Assembly (NCBI GenBank): GCA_020250175.1 | Contig: JADCEN010000001.1 | Span: 10,996 to 74,995, forward strand | From: Rhodobacter sp. | Lineage (GTDB): Bacteria > Pseudomonadota > Alphaproteobacteria > Rhodobacterales > Rhodobacteraceae | DNA length: 64,000 bases | Reading direction: 5' to 3' | In this document: piece by piece, positions 1-10,078 of the stretch | How the letters are laid out: every line of letters begins with the position of its first letter | How positions within the stretch are numbered: position 1 is the stretch's first letter | Program-made: the position numbers and the translations under genes | Notes under the pieces: generated by a model | Told to the model about the DNA's origin: nothing | Seen by the model: only the letters and a program-made list of their open reading frames with translations | Databases searched by the model: none

Positions 1-176
1 TGCTTCTGCGCATGGGTTGCCACGAAGGCGCGCATGAAGCGCCTGATCTCGCGCGCAGCACTGGTGTCCAGTTCCTCGCAGAGCGAAACGAAGGCCGCCC
101 GTTCGGCCTTGTCGATGCGGATCACAAGCTGGCTGCCTTTACCCTTTGCCTTGCCTTCCGGCTTGTTCTTTGCCAT
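1..176 (-). CDS. Partial small ribbon-helix-helix-like DNA-binding protein (first 58 codons; runs off the window edge)
   Basis: ATG at 176-174 on the minus strand. Translation is MAKNKPEGKAKGKGSQLVIRIDKAERAAFVSLCEELDTSAAREIRRFMRAFVATHAQK. A short beta-strand followed by helices is typical of CopG/RHH regulators. It is absent from the ORF track because it is truncated. Confidence 0.4.
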   Translation of the reverse strand, partial: MAKNKPEGKAKGKGSQLVIRIDKAERAAFVSLCEELDTSAAREIRRFMRAFVATHAQK

Positions 177-234
177 TTGCCCTCTCGACACGCCTCGCCA
201 CTGGATATTCTTTGTATATACATTTTTTCCAGTT

Positions 235-1092
235 TCAAGGGGAAGGTGCCAGTGGCACCGTTGCGAAGGCGGCAACCCGGCCCAGCCATCCGGTCACCAC
301 CGCAAGGGCCTCGGGTTCGTCCAGAAACGGAATGTGCCCGCGCAAGGGAATTTCGGCGAACAGCATGTCGGGGCGGCGGCGGCACATTTCCTCGGCGGTG
401 GCGCGGCTCAGCACGTCCGATGCAGCCCCCCGGATCAGCGCCAGCGGCAGCCCCGCACAGCCGTCGAACAACGGCCATAGCTCGGGCAACGGCCCGGCCA
501 AGGCGGCGTCGAAGGCGGTGCGCAACGCGGGGTCATAGGTCAGCCCGACCCCGTCGTCGCGCTGAATATAGTGGCGCACGGTTTCCTCCTGCCAGCGCAT
601 CGGGGGCACGCGCTCGAACCCCGGCATGGCCGTCTGCATCCGGTCGGCCACTTCCTGCAGCGTCGGCACGGTCGGCTCGACGCCCACATAGGTACCGATC
701 CGCAGCAGGCCGTCGCGCTCCAAAATGGGACCAACGTCGTTCAGGCACAGTCCCAGCAGGCGATGCTTCGCGGTCGCTGCGATGACCATTCCCAACAACC
801 CGCCGCGCGAGGACCCGATGATGGCGGCACGCGCGATGCCCAGATGGTCGAGCAGCGCCAGCGCGTCGGTCGCTTCCTGCCCCACGGAATAGGTTGCGGG
901 CCCGGTCCAGTCAGACTCGCCCCGGCCACGACTGTCGAGCCGGATCAGACGCACATCCTGCGGCAGATACCGCGCCAGATAGTCGAAGTCGCGGCTGTCG
1001 CGGGTCAGCCCGGCAAGGGCCAGAACCGGCAGCCCAAGCCCGTCATCCCGATAGGCAAGCCTTGCGCCATCGCCCGCCCTGAAGGTCTTCAT
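235..1092 (-). CDS. Alpha/beta-fold hydrolase
   Basis: 285-aa ORF with the nucleophile elbow IIGSSRGG (G-x-S-x-G) and typical abhydrolase_1/6 sequence. It is the last gene of the minus-strand operon, 18 nt after hbd. Confidence 0.8.
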   Translation of the reverse strand: MKTFRAGDGARLAYRDDGLGLPVLALAGLTRDSRDFDYLARYLPQDVRLIRLDSRGRGESDWTGPATYSVGQEATDALALLDHLGIARAAIIGSSRGGLLGMVIAATAKHRLLGLCLNDVGPILERDGLLRIGTYVGVEPTVPTLQEVADRMQTAMPGFERVPPMRWQEETVRHYIQRDDGVGLTYDPALRTAFDAALAGPLPELWPLFDGCAGLPLALIRGAASDVLSRATAEEMCRRRPDMLFAEIPLRGHIPFLDEPEALAVVTGWLGRVAAFATVPLAPSP

Positions 1093-1110
1093 CCGTCCCT
1101 CCTTCGGGGG

Positions 1111-1971
1111 TCAGCGCGGCGGATAGTCGAAAAAGCCCTTGCCGGTCTTGCGACCAAAATACCCCGCCGAAACCATCTGCTTCAAAAGCGGGCTGGGACG
1201 ATACTTGGGGTCGTCGAACCCATGATACAGGGTTTCCATGATGTTCAGCACCACATCAAGCCCGATCAGATCCCCCAGGGCCAGCGGCCCCATCGGGTGG
1301 TTGGCCCCGAGTTTCATCATGCTGTCGATGTCCTCGGGCGTGGCCAGCCCCTCGTAGACGCAGTTGATCGCCTCGTTGATCTGCGGGGCCAACAGCCGGT
1401 TGACGATGAAGCCGTAGCTGTCCTTGCTGACGCGCGGGGTCTTGCCGATGGCACGGGTCAGGTCGGTCACCGCCTCGGCCACCGGATCGGTGGTCTGCAA
1501 AGCGCGGATGATCTCGACCAGTTGCATCACCGGGACGGGGTTGAAGAAGTGCATTCCGATGACCCGCCCCGGATGGGCCGAGGCGGCGGCAAGTTCGGTC
1601 AGCGAGATCGACGAGGTGTTCGAGGCAAGGATAGCGTCCGGGCGGCAGATCCCGTCAAGCAGCTTCAGCACGCCCGCCTTGACGTCCAGCCGCTCGACGA
1701 TGGCCTCGATCACGATATCGCAGTCGGCAAGCTGGTCCAGCGCCGTGGCGGTTGCGATGCGGGCGGTTGCCTCGGCGGCCTGCGCCTCGGTCAGCGTGGC
1801 CTTCTTGACCAGACGCGCGAGGCTGCCCAGCATGCTGGTCCGGGCGCGGTCCAGGGCCGCGTCGGACAGGTCCTGCATCACCACGGGGTAGCCTGCCATC
1901 GCGCAGACCTGGGCAATGCCGCTGCCCATGGTTCCGGCGCCGATAACGCCGACCTTTCGGATTTCGCTCAT
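1111..1971 (-). CDS. hbd: 3-hydroxybutyryl-CoA dehydrogenase
   Basis: Starts MSEIRKVGVIGAGTMGSGIA (Rossmann GxGxxG). The C-terminal half reads ...GFIVNRLL...MKLGANHPMGPLALGDLIGLDV. ATG at 1971; the ORF-track start at 2403 is an upstream extension. Confidence 0.9.
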   Translation of the reverse strand: MSEIRKVGVIGAGTMGSGIAQVCAMAGYPVVMQDLSDAALDRARTSMLGSLARLVKKATLTEAQAAEATARIATATALDQLADCDIVIEAIVERLDVKAGVLKLLDGICRPDAILASNTSSISLTELAAASAHPGRVIGMHFFNPVPVMQLVEIIRALQTTDPVAEAVTDLTRAIGKTPRVSKDSYGFIVNRLLAPQINEAINCVYEGLATPEDIDSMMKLGANHPMGPLALGDLIGLDVVLNIMETLYHGFDDPKYRPSPLLKQMVSAGYFGRKTGKGFFDYPPR

Positions 1972-1982
1972 GATCTGATCCT

Positions 1983-2783
1983 TCAGTGGGCAGTCCAGCC
2001 GCCGTCGACCGGCAGTGCGGTTCCGGTGATCTGGCTGGCGGCGGGGGTGCACAGGAACGCGGCCAGTGCGCCGATCTGGCCCGGCTGGACGAAGCTTTTC
2101 GTCGGCTGGGCGGCCAGCAGCACGTCGCGGATCACCGCGTCCTCGGTGATGCCGCGCGCCTTGGCGGTTTCGGGGATCTGCGCCTGCACCAGCGGGGTCA
2201 GCACATAGCCGGGGCAGATCGCGTTGGCGGTGACGCCGTGCTCCGCACCCTCCAGCGCCAGGGTCTTGGTCAGCCCGACGACCGCGTGCTTGGCCATGAC
2301 ATAGGCCGACTTGTAGGGCGAGGCGACAAGGCCGTGGGCCGAGGCCACGTTGATCACCCGCCCCCAGCCACGCGCCTTCATGCCGCCGAAGGTCGCCCGG
2401 CACAGGTGCCAGGCGGCCGACATGTTGATCGCCATGATCAGGTTGTAGCGGTCGACCGGGAATTCTTCGATCAGTGCGACAGTCTGGATGCCCGCATTGT
2501 TCACGACGATGTCGATCTGCCCGAACCGGGCCGTGGTTGCGGCCACCAGATCGGCGATCTGGGCCGGGTCGGACATGTCGGCGCCGTGGTAGGCAACAGG
2601 CGAGCCCGTCTCGGCCTCGATCGCGCTGCGGTCCGCCTCGATCTGCCCGGCGTCGCCAAAGCCATTCATCATCACGGCATGACCGGCTTCGGCCAGCGAG
2701 CGGGCCACGGCAAGCCCGATCCCCGAGGTGGAGCCGGTCACGATTGCGGTCCGAAAGTCGGGGGCGGCGCGGACATCGGGCAT
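1983..2783 (-). CDS. bdhA: 3-hydroxybutyrate dehydrogenase (SDR)
   Basis: Contains TGSTSGIGLA, NNAG and the YxxxK motif (YVMAKHAV), ending GGWTAH, as in BdhA. ATG at 2783 follows GAGG; the TTG at 2798 is the ORF-track start. Confidence 0.88.
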   Translation of the reverse strand: MPDVRAAPDFRTAIVTGSTSGIGLAVARSLAEAGHAVMMNGFGDAGQIEADRSAIEAETGSPVAYHGADMSDPAQIADLVAATTARFGQIDIVVNNAGIQTVALIEEFPVDRYNLIMAINMSAAWHLCRATFGGMKARGWGRVINVASAHGLVASPYKSAYVMAKHAVVGLTKTLALEGAEHGVTANAICPGYVLTPLVQAQIPETAKARGITEDAVIRDVLLAAQPTKSFVQPGQIGALAAFLCTPAASQITGTALPVDGGWTAH

Positions 2784-2790
2784 GGCAACC

Positions 2791-3447
2791 TCAGGCAAGG
2801 ATCATTTCGGGAACGTCATCGGGCACGATCAGGGCGGCTTCCGTGGCGGCGCGGATATCCCCGACGCTGACGCCGGGCGCGCGCTCGCGCAGGATCAGGC
2901 CCATTCCGGTCGGTTCGATCACCGCAAGATCGGTCACGATCAGATCGACACGCCGCAGGGCGGTCAGCGGCAGAGTGCAGCGGGGAACGATCTTGGATTG
3001 CCCCTTGGCACTGTGCTGCATGGCGACGACCACCCGGGCAGCCCCGCAGACAAGGTCCATCGCCCCGCCCATCCCGGGCACCATCCGGCCCGGTACCTTC
3101 CAATTCGCCAGATGCCCGGATTCGTCAACCTGAAGACCGCCCAGCACGGTCATGTCCAGATGCCCGCCCCGGATCAGGCCGAAGCTCATCGCCGAATCGA
3201 TGCTGGCCGCCCCGGGCACGGCCGATACGAACCCGCCGCCCGCGTCGGTCAGGTGGCGTTCTTCCATCCCTTCGGGCGGGCGGGCACCAAGCCCGATCAC
3301 ACCGTTCTCGGCCTGAAAATACACGCCGAAATCCGAGGATACGAAGTTCGCCACCATCGACGGCAACCCGATGCCGAGGTTTACCAGCGATCCCGGCCTG
3401 ATTTCCCGTGCCACGCGGCGCGCGATGAGTTCCTTGGCGTCCATCAT
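2791..3447 (-). CDS. scoB: 3-oxoacid CoA-transferase subunit B
   Basis: MMDAKELIARRVAREIRPGSLVNLGIGLP...ENG...MVPGMGGAMDL is the classic ScoB/AtoA pattern. GGAGGG Shine-Dalgarno sequence. Confidence 0.9.
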   Translation of the reverse strand: MMDAKELIARRVAREIRPGSLVNLGIGLPSMVANFVSSDFGVYFQAENGVIGLGARPPEGMEERHLTDAGGGFVSAVPGAASIDSAMSFGLIRGGHLDMTVLGGLQVDESGHLANWKVPGRMVPGMGGAMDLVCGAARVVVAMQHSAKGQSKIVPRCTLPLTALRRVDLIVTDLAVIEPTGMGLILRERAPGVSVGDIRAATEAALIVPDDVPEMILA

Positions 3448-3454
3448 GCCCTCC

Positions 3455-4108
3455 TCAGGCCGCGCGGATCAGAAGATGGTCGACCAGAACGCCGGGCGTC
3501 TTGACCGCATCGGGCGGGATCACGCCGACCGGCACGATGCTGTCGGCCTCGGCGATCACCGTACGACCGGCCAGGGCGATGATCGGGTTGAAGTTGTGAG
3601 CGGTCAGCATGTAGCTGAGGTTGCCGACATAATCCGCCTGCCATGCCCCGATCAGCGCAAAGTCGGCTTTCAGCGGGGTTTCCACCAGATAGCGGTTGCC
3701 CTCGACCATGACGATCTGCTTGCCCTCTTCCACCTCGGTGCCGAGGCCGGTCGCGGTCAGAACGCCGCCAAGACCCATGCCGCCCGCACGGATCCGCTCG
3801 ATCAGCGTGCCCTGCGGCACCAGTTCGCAGGTAATCTCGCCCGAGATCATCTTGGCTTGGGTCTCCGGGTTCAGGCCGATGTGGCTGGCGATGACATGGC
3901 TGACCAGCCCGGCCGAAATCAGCTTGCCGATCCCCTTGCCCGGCATGGCGGTGTCGTTGGCGATGACCGTAAGGCCGCCCACCCCCCGCGCCACGATGGC
4001 GTCGATCATCCGTTCGGGCGTGCCGACAGCCATGAAGCCGCCGATCATCAGCCGGGCACCCTCGGGGATCATCCCCGCCGCCGCTTCGGGGCTGAGCGCG
4101 CCTTTCAT
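3455..4108 (-). CDS. scoA: 3-oxoacid CoA-transferase subunit A
   Basis: MKGALSPEAAAGMIPEGARLMIGGF...GKGIGKLI...CELVPQGTLIERIRAGG. The ATG at 4108 overlaps the ackA stop (ATGA). Confidence 0.9.
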   Translation of the reverse strand: MKGALSPEAAAGMIPEGARLMIGGFMAVGTPERMIDAIVARGVGGLTVIANDTAMPGKGIGKLISAGLVSHVIASHIGLNPETQAKMISGEITCELVPQGTLIERIRAGGMGLGGVLTATGLGTEVEEGKQIVMVEGNRYLVETPLKADFALIGAWQADYVGNLSYMLTAHNFNPIIALAGRTVIAEADSIVPVGVIPPDAVKTPGVLVDHLLIRAA

Positions 4109-5283
4109 GCCGCATCCTCCATCAGGCCCACCGCCGCGCGTGCGGCCCGGGCGATCACCAGTTCCTCGTTGGTCGGAATGACCATGACCGTGGTCCGGGC
4201 AAGATCGGTCGAGATCACCGGATCGTTCGCCGCGTTTCGCCCGTAGTCGATGTCGATCCCCATCCAGCCCAGCCGCTCGCAGATGCGGGCGCGGACCGCG
4301 CGCGAGTTCTCGCCGATGCCGCCGCAGAAGATCAGCGCATCGATCCCGCCCAGCACGGCGGCAAGACCGCCGACCTCGCGCTGGCAGCGGAACACGAAAT
4401 GCTCGATTGCCTGTGCGGCTTCGGGTGTATTCGCCGCTTCGAGCGTGCGCATGTCGTTCGACAGGCCCGACAGGCCCAGCAGCCCCGACTGGCGGTACAA
4501 AAGATCGGAAATCTGCGCGGCCGTCATGCCCTTCTGGTCCATCAGATACAGCAGAACACCCGGATCGACCTGACCGCAGCGCGTGCCCATCGGCAGGCCG
4601 TCCAGCGCCGTGAACCCCATGGTCGAGGCCATCGAGCGCCCGTTCTGCAGCGCGCACATGCTGGCACCATTGCCCAGATGCGCCACGATCACCCGGCCCT
4701 CGGCCAGATGCGGCGCACGGCGGGCCAGTTCGCCCGCGATGTAGCCATAGCTGAGGCCATGAAAGCCGTAGCGGCGCACGCCTTCGTCATAGAGCGCCCG
4801 CGGCAGGGCGAAGCTGTCGCTGACCCAGGGGTTGGTGCGGTGAAAGGCGGTATCGAAACAGGCGACCTGCGGCACGCCCGGAAAGGCCGCCATCGCCGCG
4901 CGGATACCCGCAAGGTTGTGCGGCTGATGCAGGGGCGCAAAAGGCGTCAGACGCTCCAGTTCGGCCAGCAGGTGTTCGTCAACGATGGCAGGTTTCGCAT
5001 GGTGCGCGCCGCCATGCACCACACGGTGCCCGATGGCGCAGAGGTCGAGATCGGGCCAATGGGCACGAAAGCAGTCCATCACGGCGGTTATGGCACCTTC
5101 ATGGGTGGTCAAATCGCCGGTGGAGGCCAGGGCCACGCCCTGGGCATCTTTCAGCTTCAGCACGCCGTCCGGTCCGATCCGGTCGGCAAGGCCCGAGGCG
5201 AGCGGCATATCTCCGGTTTCGGGAAACAGCGCCACCTTCAGCGACGACGACCCGGCATTCAGCGTCAGGACGGCCCGTGTCAT
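4105..5283 (-). CDS. ackA: Acetate (acyl) kinase
   Basis: MTRAVLTLNAGSSSLKVALF...HRVVHGG...RYGFHGLSY...HLGNGAS...EELVIAR. The ATG at 5283 overlaps the stop of the upstream gene. Confidence 0.9.
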   Translation of the reverse strand: MTRAVLTLNAGSSSLKVALFPETGDMPLASGLADRIGPDGVLKLKDAQGVALASTGDLTTHEGAITAVMDCFRAHWPDLDLCAIGHRVVHGGAHHAKPAIVDEHLLAELERLTPFAPLHQPHNLAGIRAAMAAFPGVPQVACFDTAFHRTNPWVSDSFALPRALYDEGVRRYGFHGLSYGYIAGELARRAPHLAEGRVIVAHLGNGASMCALQNGRSMASTMGFTALDGLPMGTRCGQVDPGVLLYLMDQKGMTAAQISDLLYRQSGLLGLSGLSNDMRTLEAANTPEAAQAIEHFVFRCQREVGGLAAVLGGIDALIFCGGIGENSRAVRARICERLGWMGIDIDYGRNAANDPVISTDLARTTVMVIPTNEELVIARAARAAVGLMEDAA

Positions 5284-6668
5284 TTCGCAACCCCGGTCGG
5301 GACCCCGGCGAAATGATGGATCGCCGCCACCGCACAGGACGCCAGCCGCGACATCGGGCTGTCGGACCGCGAGTTCAGGATCACCGGCACCTTTGCACCC
5401 AGCACCAGACCAGCGCCTTCGGCATGACTCATGAACGACAGCTGCTTGGCCAGCATGTTGCCGGCATCCAGCCCCGGCATCACAAGAATGTTGGCCCGCC
5501 CGGCAACATGTCCGGTCAGCCCCTTGGTGCGCGCCGCTGCCATGTCCACTGCATTGTCCATGGCCAGCGGCCCTTCGACCTGGCCGCCGGTGATCTGGCC
5601 CCGGTCGGCCATCTTGGACAGCAAGGCGGCATCGATCGAAGACTGGATCGCCGGGTTCACCGTTTCCACCGCCGACAGCACACCGACGCGCGGGTCCATC
5701 CCGAGGGACCGCGCAAGGTCGATGGCGTTCTGGCAAATGTCCACCTTGGTCAGAAGGTCCGGCGCGATGTTGATCGCGGCATCGGTGACAAGCAGGGGCT
5801 CGGGCTGGCCCGGCACATCCATCACGAACACATGGGTAAACCGCCGTCCGATCCGCAGACCCTTCGTCTTGTCCAGCATCGCGCGCAACAGATCGTCGGT
5901 GTGCAGATGCCCTTTCATGACGGCGGCAGCCCGGCCTTCATGCACCAGCGCACAGGCCCGTTCCGCCGCCGCTGCATCGCCGGCAACGTCGATCACCTCG
6001 ATCCCCGCCAGATCGGCCCCCATATCCGCCGCGGCCTTGCGGATCGCCGCCTCGTACCCAATCAGGATCGGCAGGATGATGCTTTCCTTCGCCGCCAGCA
6101 GCGCGCCGCCAAGCGAGTTCGCCTCGTCAGGGCAGACCACCGCCGTTGGAATTGCGGCCAGCGGGCGGGCACGTTCCAGCAGCGCCTCAAAATGACGATG
6201 ACGCTGCACGATCAGGCCGGGCACTTCGATGTCGTCGCGGTCGAACGTTTCGGTCGGGGCCAGAACGTCGGCCTCGCCGGTCAGGATCAGGGCATGATCG
6301 GCGATGCGGTGCACGTCGGTCTTCAGCCGGACATGGCCATCGGCCTTCGACAGCACTTCGGCCCGCACGACAACCTCGTCGCCGGCATGGGCGCGGGCAT
6401 GGAAATCAAGGACCTGACGGCGGTAAAGGGTCCCCGGACCGGGCAGCCTGGTGCCCAGTACCGCCGAGATCAGCGAGGCCACGAACATCCCCGGAGCGAC
6501 CCGCTCGGAAATGCCGTCACCGTTCAGATCGCTGGCCTGCAGGTGCATCGGGTTGGTGTTTCCCGAGGCCACCGCGAAGACATAGAGATCATCCGCCGTG
6601 ATCAATCTGCGCAGTTCGGCGACATCGCCGACCTGCAGCGCGTCATAGGTCCGGTTTACCAGATGCAT
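5280..6668 (-). CDS. Bifunctional MaoC-like (R)-hydratase / phosphate acyl(acetyl/butyryl)transferase
   Basis: The N-terminal ~140 aa form a hot-dog MaoC fold (NTNPMHL...PGMF). The C-terminal ~320 aa are Pta/Ptb-like (VVCPDEANSLGGA...VTDAAINIAPD...GPLAMDNA). Confidence 0.85.
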   Translation of the reverse strand: MHLVNRTYDALQVGDVAELRRLITADDLYVFAVASGNTNPMHLQASDLNGDGISERVAPGMFVASLISAVLGTRLPGPGTLYRRQVLDFHARAHAGDEVVVRAEVLSKADGHVRLKTDVHRIADHALILTGEADVLAPTETFDRDDIEVPGLIVQRHRHFEALLERARPLAAIPTAVVCPDEANSLGGALLAAKESIILPILIGYEAAIRKAAADMGADLAGIEVIDVAGDAAAAERACALVHEGRAAAVMKGHLHTDDLLRAMLDKTKGLRIGRRFTHVFVMDVPGQPEPLLVTDAAINIAPDLLTKVDICQNAIDLARSLGMDPRVGVLSAVETVNPAIQSSIDAALLSKMADRGQITGGQVEGPLAMDNAVDMAAARTKGLTGHVAGRANILVMPGLDAGNMLAKQLSFMSHAEGAGLVLGAKVPVILNSRSDSPMSRLASCAVAAIHHFAGVPTGVAK

Positions 6669-6669
6669 T

Positions 6670-9354
6670 TCAGTTCCCGAGTTTGGCCGGCAGGGTCGCC
6701 GGAGACTTTCGACGGCTTCCGGTTGCCCCGCTGACCGGCGCGGGGGTTTCGGCGGGTGCCGTGTCGATGACCGGGGCAGGGTCGATCACGGCGGCCAGTA
6801 CCGGGGGCACAGACTGAACCGGCGGAACTGTCTCGGTCGGAAGCATCGCTTTGATCGGATGCGCGGCCTCGGGTCCGGTCGCCGACCCGGGGTCAGTCGC
6901 AGTCACCAAGGCCGGTGCCAGCGGGTCTCCCAGCACGTCGCCGGTGACGGGCGGCAGGCCAAGAACTTCGTGGAACCGCTGCAAAAGCGAAAGCGTGTGC
7001 GGCGACATTTCCTCGATCACGCCCGGTATGAACTGCACCACCTGCACGGCCAATTCGCGGTCAGCCGGATCGGGCAATAGCAGCGGCAGCGTTTCGATCG
7101 CGCGCTCGGGCTCGAAGGTCGCGATCAGGGTCTGCTGATGGATCATCATCGCGCGACGATCCGCGCCCAGGCTGCGGAAGGGCTCGTCTTGCGTCAGAAC
7201 CTGGGCCGACCGTTCCAGCCGGTCGCGACGTACCTGGCCGCGGTTCTCGGCCAGCAGGACCAGCATGCGGATGACAGCCTCGGCGAAACCGCCCTGTTCC
7301 ATGGTCATCAGGGCGTTGGCCACTTCCGGCAGGCCGCGCAGCTCGCCTTTGGTCTTCAGGGTGCGACGCGCCTCGTGGGTGCGCCCGAAAGCGCGTGCCC
7401 AGGGTGTGCCCCACATCGCGTAGAACATCAGTTCGTTGTTCATGTCGCGGGTATCGCGGAGGAAGTCGATCATGTTCTCGGTGGTCTGCACCCAGAAGGC
7501 TTCCATTGCGAGGAACGGATTGGTTGCGGCAGCCTTGTGGCGGTCGGCCTTTACCTTTTCTGCTGCCGTGATCACGCCATGCATCATCGGGTTGCGCGTG
7601 GCCACCAATGCCCGCGTCAGCCGGTTGGGGTGCATCGCGCGGCCGATTTCGGCGGAACTTTCGGTGACCAGCGCCTTGACCATCGGACGCAGCAGCGTGT
7701 CGTACATCTGTGCCTGAATCTCGGCCATCCGGGCCACGGCGGCAAACGGGCGCTCGTCGCCGACGGTATCGTCCAGCGCGCGGATATCGTCGAAATTGCG
7801 CTCGGTGAAGCCTACGGTAAAGTGCTTGGCACCATCCCTTTCGGTCACATCCTCGATGGTCATCTCATAAAGACCGGGGGCCAGAGCCTCGATGGTCTTA
7901 AGCGTCGAGGCAACCTCGGAATGCTCCTTCCTGGCGATCTGCGACGATACGAATATGCCCAGATGCCCGACCTGTTCATGCACCATGTAGACGATGCGCT
8001 GGCCGCGGATGCGGATTTCGTTCACATCCGCATAGGTCTCGCAGATCCAGTTCAGTGCCTGCTGCGGCGGGGTGATGTTGTCGCCGTGGCTGGCAAAGAC
8101 GATGATCGGCGCGCGGATCGCCTTCAGGTCGATCGGGCGGCCCGGCTCGATCCGCGCCTCGTTCTTGACCAGCCGGTTGCCGACGAACAGCTGCTCGACG
8201 ATCCAGCGGATTTCCGGCTCGGTCATCAGGAAGAACCCGCCCCACCACTTCTCGAATTCCAGGAAGGTGGTATCGCCCTTGTCGATGTCGCGGAACAGGT
8301 CGGTGTATTTGCGGAACAGCGTGCGACCGGGGTTCAGATTCTCGAAGTTCTGAACCAGATGCGCGCCGTCGAAGATGCCGCCGCCCAAGTCCGACAGGAA
8401 CATCGGAATCCAGGTGCCGCCCATCACGCCCGCAGAATAGCGCATCGGGTTTTCCCCGACTTTGCCCGCCCACGGGGCCACGGGCGCACCGTTGATCACG
8501 ACGGGGCCGGTCAGATCGGGGTTGGTCGCGGCCAGCAGCAGCGTCGCCCAGCCGCCCTGGCAATTGCCGGTGATGACGGGCTTTGAGGCGTTCGGATGCC
8601 GCCGCATAACTTCGCGCACGAACGCGGCTTCGGTGCGGGTGACATAGGACAGAAACTGCCCCGGCTCGGGTTCGCGGCGGAAGGCGACGAAATAGACCTG
8701 GTGACCGGCAGCCAACGCCACGCCCACCTGGCTGTCTGACTTGAAGCCGCCGATGCCGGGGCCGTGACCGGCGCGCGGGTCGATGATGATGTAGGGGCGG
8801 CGGCTGTCATTGATCGTGACGCCTTCGGGCGGGATGATTTTCAGCAGCATGTAGTTCGACGGATAGGCCATGTCCTTGCCGTCCATGACCACTTCGTAGT
8901 CATAGATCAGCACCGGCGGGCAACCTGCCGCCTCATGCTCCAGAAAAACGTCGCCGCGCTTTCGCAGCGTGTCCGTCGTCAGGATCATGCGTTCCCAGGC
9001 GTCGCGCAGGTATTCGGCATAATCCGAACTGATGCGCCCCTCGGACTGCGCCTTGCGCAGATCCTCTATCAGGGTCTTGGCCCGTTCCACCGCCTCTTCG
9101 GCGCGGCGCGAATGGGTCTCTGTGATGCGGGCGGACTGGCGTTGCGCCGCCATCGACAGGATGGTGTAGCTCTCTGAACCGGCCTCGATCTCGGATTCGG
9201 ACAGCGCCATGCCCCTGCGCATCGCGGCAAGCATGTCGTCTTCGGCACTCGGAACCGGGCTTTGGCGGGACGGGTCGAACAGATCGAAGATGCTGGCCAC
9301 GGCTGATACCCCTTCAGGCAGTAATGGAAAAACCGCCGTCGATGTCATGGACAC
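6670..9354 (-). CDS. DUF3141-family alpha/beta-hydrolase-like protein with a Cys lipase-type box and a Pro/Ala-rich tail
   Basis: 894-aa ORF. G-N-C-Q-G-G is encoded at 8551-8568. Candidate Asp (ASHGDNITP) and His ([10 protein letters not shown]) lie downstream. The start is uncertain: 9354 overlaps the fabI remnant by 41 nt. Confidence 0.8.
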   Translation of the reverse strand: MSMTSTAVFPLLPEGVSAVASIFDLFDPSRQSPVPSAEDDMLAAMRRGMALSESEIEAGSESYTILSMAAQRQSARITETHSRRAEEAVERAKTLIEDLRKAQSEGRISSDYAEYLRDAWERMILTTDTLRKRGDVFLEHEAAGCPPVLIYDYEVVMDGKDMAYPSNYMLLKIIPPEGVTINDSRRPYIIIDPRAGHGPGIGGFKSDSQVGVALAAGHQVYFVAFRREPEPGQFLSYVTRTEAAFVREVMRRHPNASKPVITGNCQGGWATLLLAATNPDLTGPVVINGAPVAPWAGKVGENPMRYSAGVMGGTWIPMFLSDLGGGIFDGAHLVQNFENLNPGRTLFRKYTDLFRDIDKGDTTFLEFEKWWGGFFLMTEPEIRWIVEQLFVGNRLVKNEARIEPGRPIDLKAIRAPIIVFASHGDNITPPQQALNWICETYADVNEIRIRGQRIVYMVHEQVGHLGIFVSSQIARKEHSEVASTLKTIEALAPGLYEMTIEDVTERDGAKHFTVGFTERNFDDIRALDDTVGDERPFAAVARMAEIQAQMYDTLLRPMVKALVTESSAEIGRAMHPNRLTRALVATRNPMMHGVITAAEKVKADRHKAAATNPFLAMEAFWVQTTENMIDFLRDTRDMNNELMFYAMWGTPWARAFGRTHEARRTLKTKGELRGLPEVANALMTMEQGGFAEAVIRMLVLLAENRGQVRRDRLERSAQVLTQDEPFRSLGADRRAMMIHQQTLIATFEPERAIETLPLLLPDPADRELAVQVVQFIPGVIEEMSPHTLSLLQRFHEVLGLPPVTGDVLGDPLAPALVTATDPGSATGPEAAHPIKAMLPTETVPPVQSVPPVLAAVIDPAPVIDTAPAETPAPVSGATGSRRKSPATLPAKLGN

Positions 9355-10078
9355 CGCCGGTCAGGTTGCGGGCCTCGGACGAGGCGAGAAATGCGGCCAT
9401 CGCCCCCACATCCATGATCGTGGCCAGTTTCTGGGTCGGCGCGCGGTTTTCCGCCGAGGCCAGCAGCTCGTCGAATTGGTCGATGCCGCTGGCGGCGCGG
9501 GTCTTGAGAGGGCCGGGTGACAGCGCATGCACGCGGATGCCCTGTTCGCCCAGTTAGGCGGCGGCATAGCGGACCGTGCTTTCAAGTGCGGCCTTCACTG
9601 GCCCCATCATGTTGTAATGCCGCACCACGCGCGACGCGCCGAAAAAGCTGACCGACAGGCAGCAGCCGCCGTCGGGCATCAAGGGTTCGGCCAGCCGGAT
9701 CATCCGCAAAAAGGAATGCACCGAGATATCCATGGCCAGCCCGAACCCCTCGGGCGAGCAGTCGATCACACGGCCATGCAGGTCATCGCGGGGCGCAAAG
9801 GCGATGGAATGCAACAGCGTATCCAGCCGCCCCCACCGGTCGGCGATCTGATCGAACACCGCCTCAAGCTGGCCGGCCTGGCCTACGTCGAGCGGCAACA
9901 TGATCTCGGCCTCAAGTTCCTCGGCCAGCGGGCGCACGAAGCGCTCTGCCTTGTCGTTCAGCCAGGTCACGGCCAGATCGGCCCCCTGGGCCTTCAGCGC
10001 CTTGGCACAGCCCCAGGCAATGGACTGTTCGTTCGCGATACCGACAACCAGCGCCTTCTGACCTTCAAGAGAAAACAT
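9314..10078 (-). pseudogene. fabI: Enoyl-ACP reductase FabI interrupted by an in-frame TAA
   Basis: ORFs 9554..10135 and 9314..9532 share one frame. The read-through is ...KAALESTVRYAAA*LGEQGIRVHALSPGPLKTRA..., a contiguous FabI sequence. The stop is at 9556-9554. The likely start is MFSLEGQKALVVG at 10078. Confidence 0.75.
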
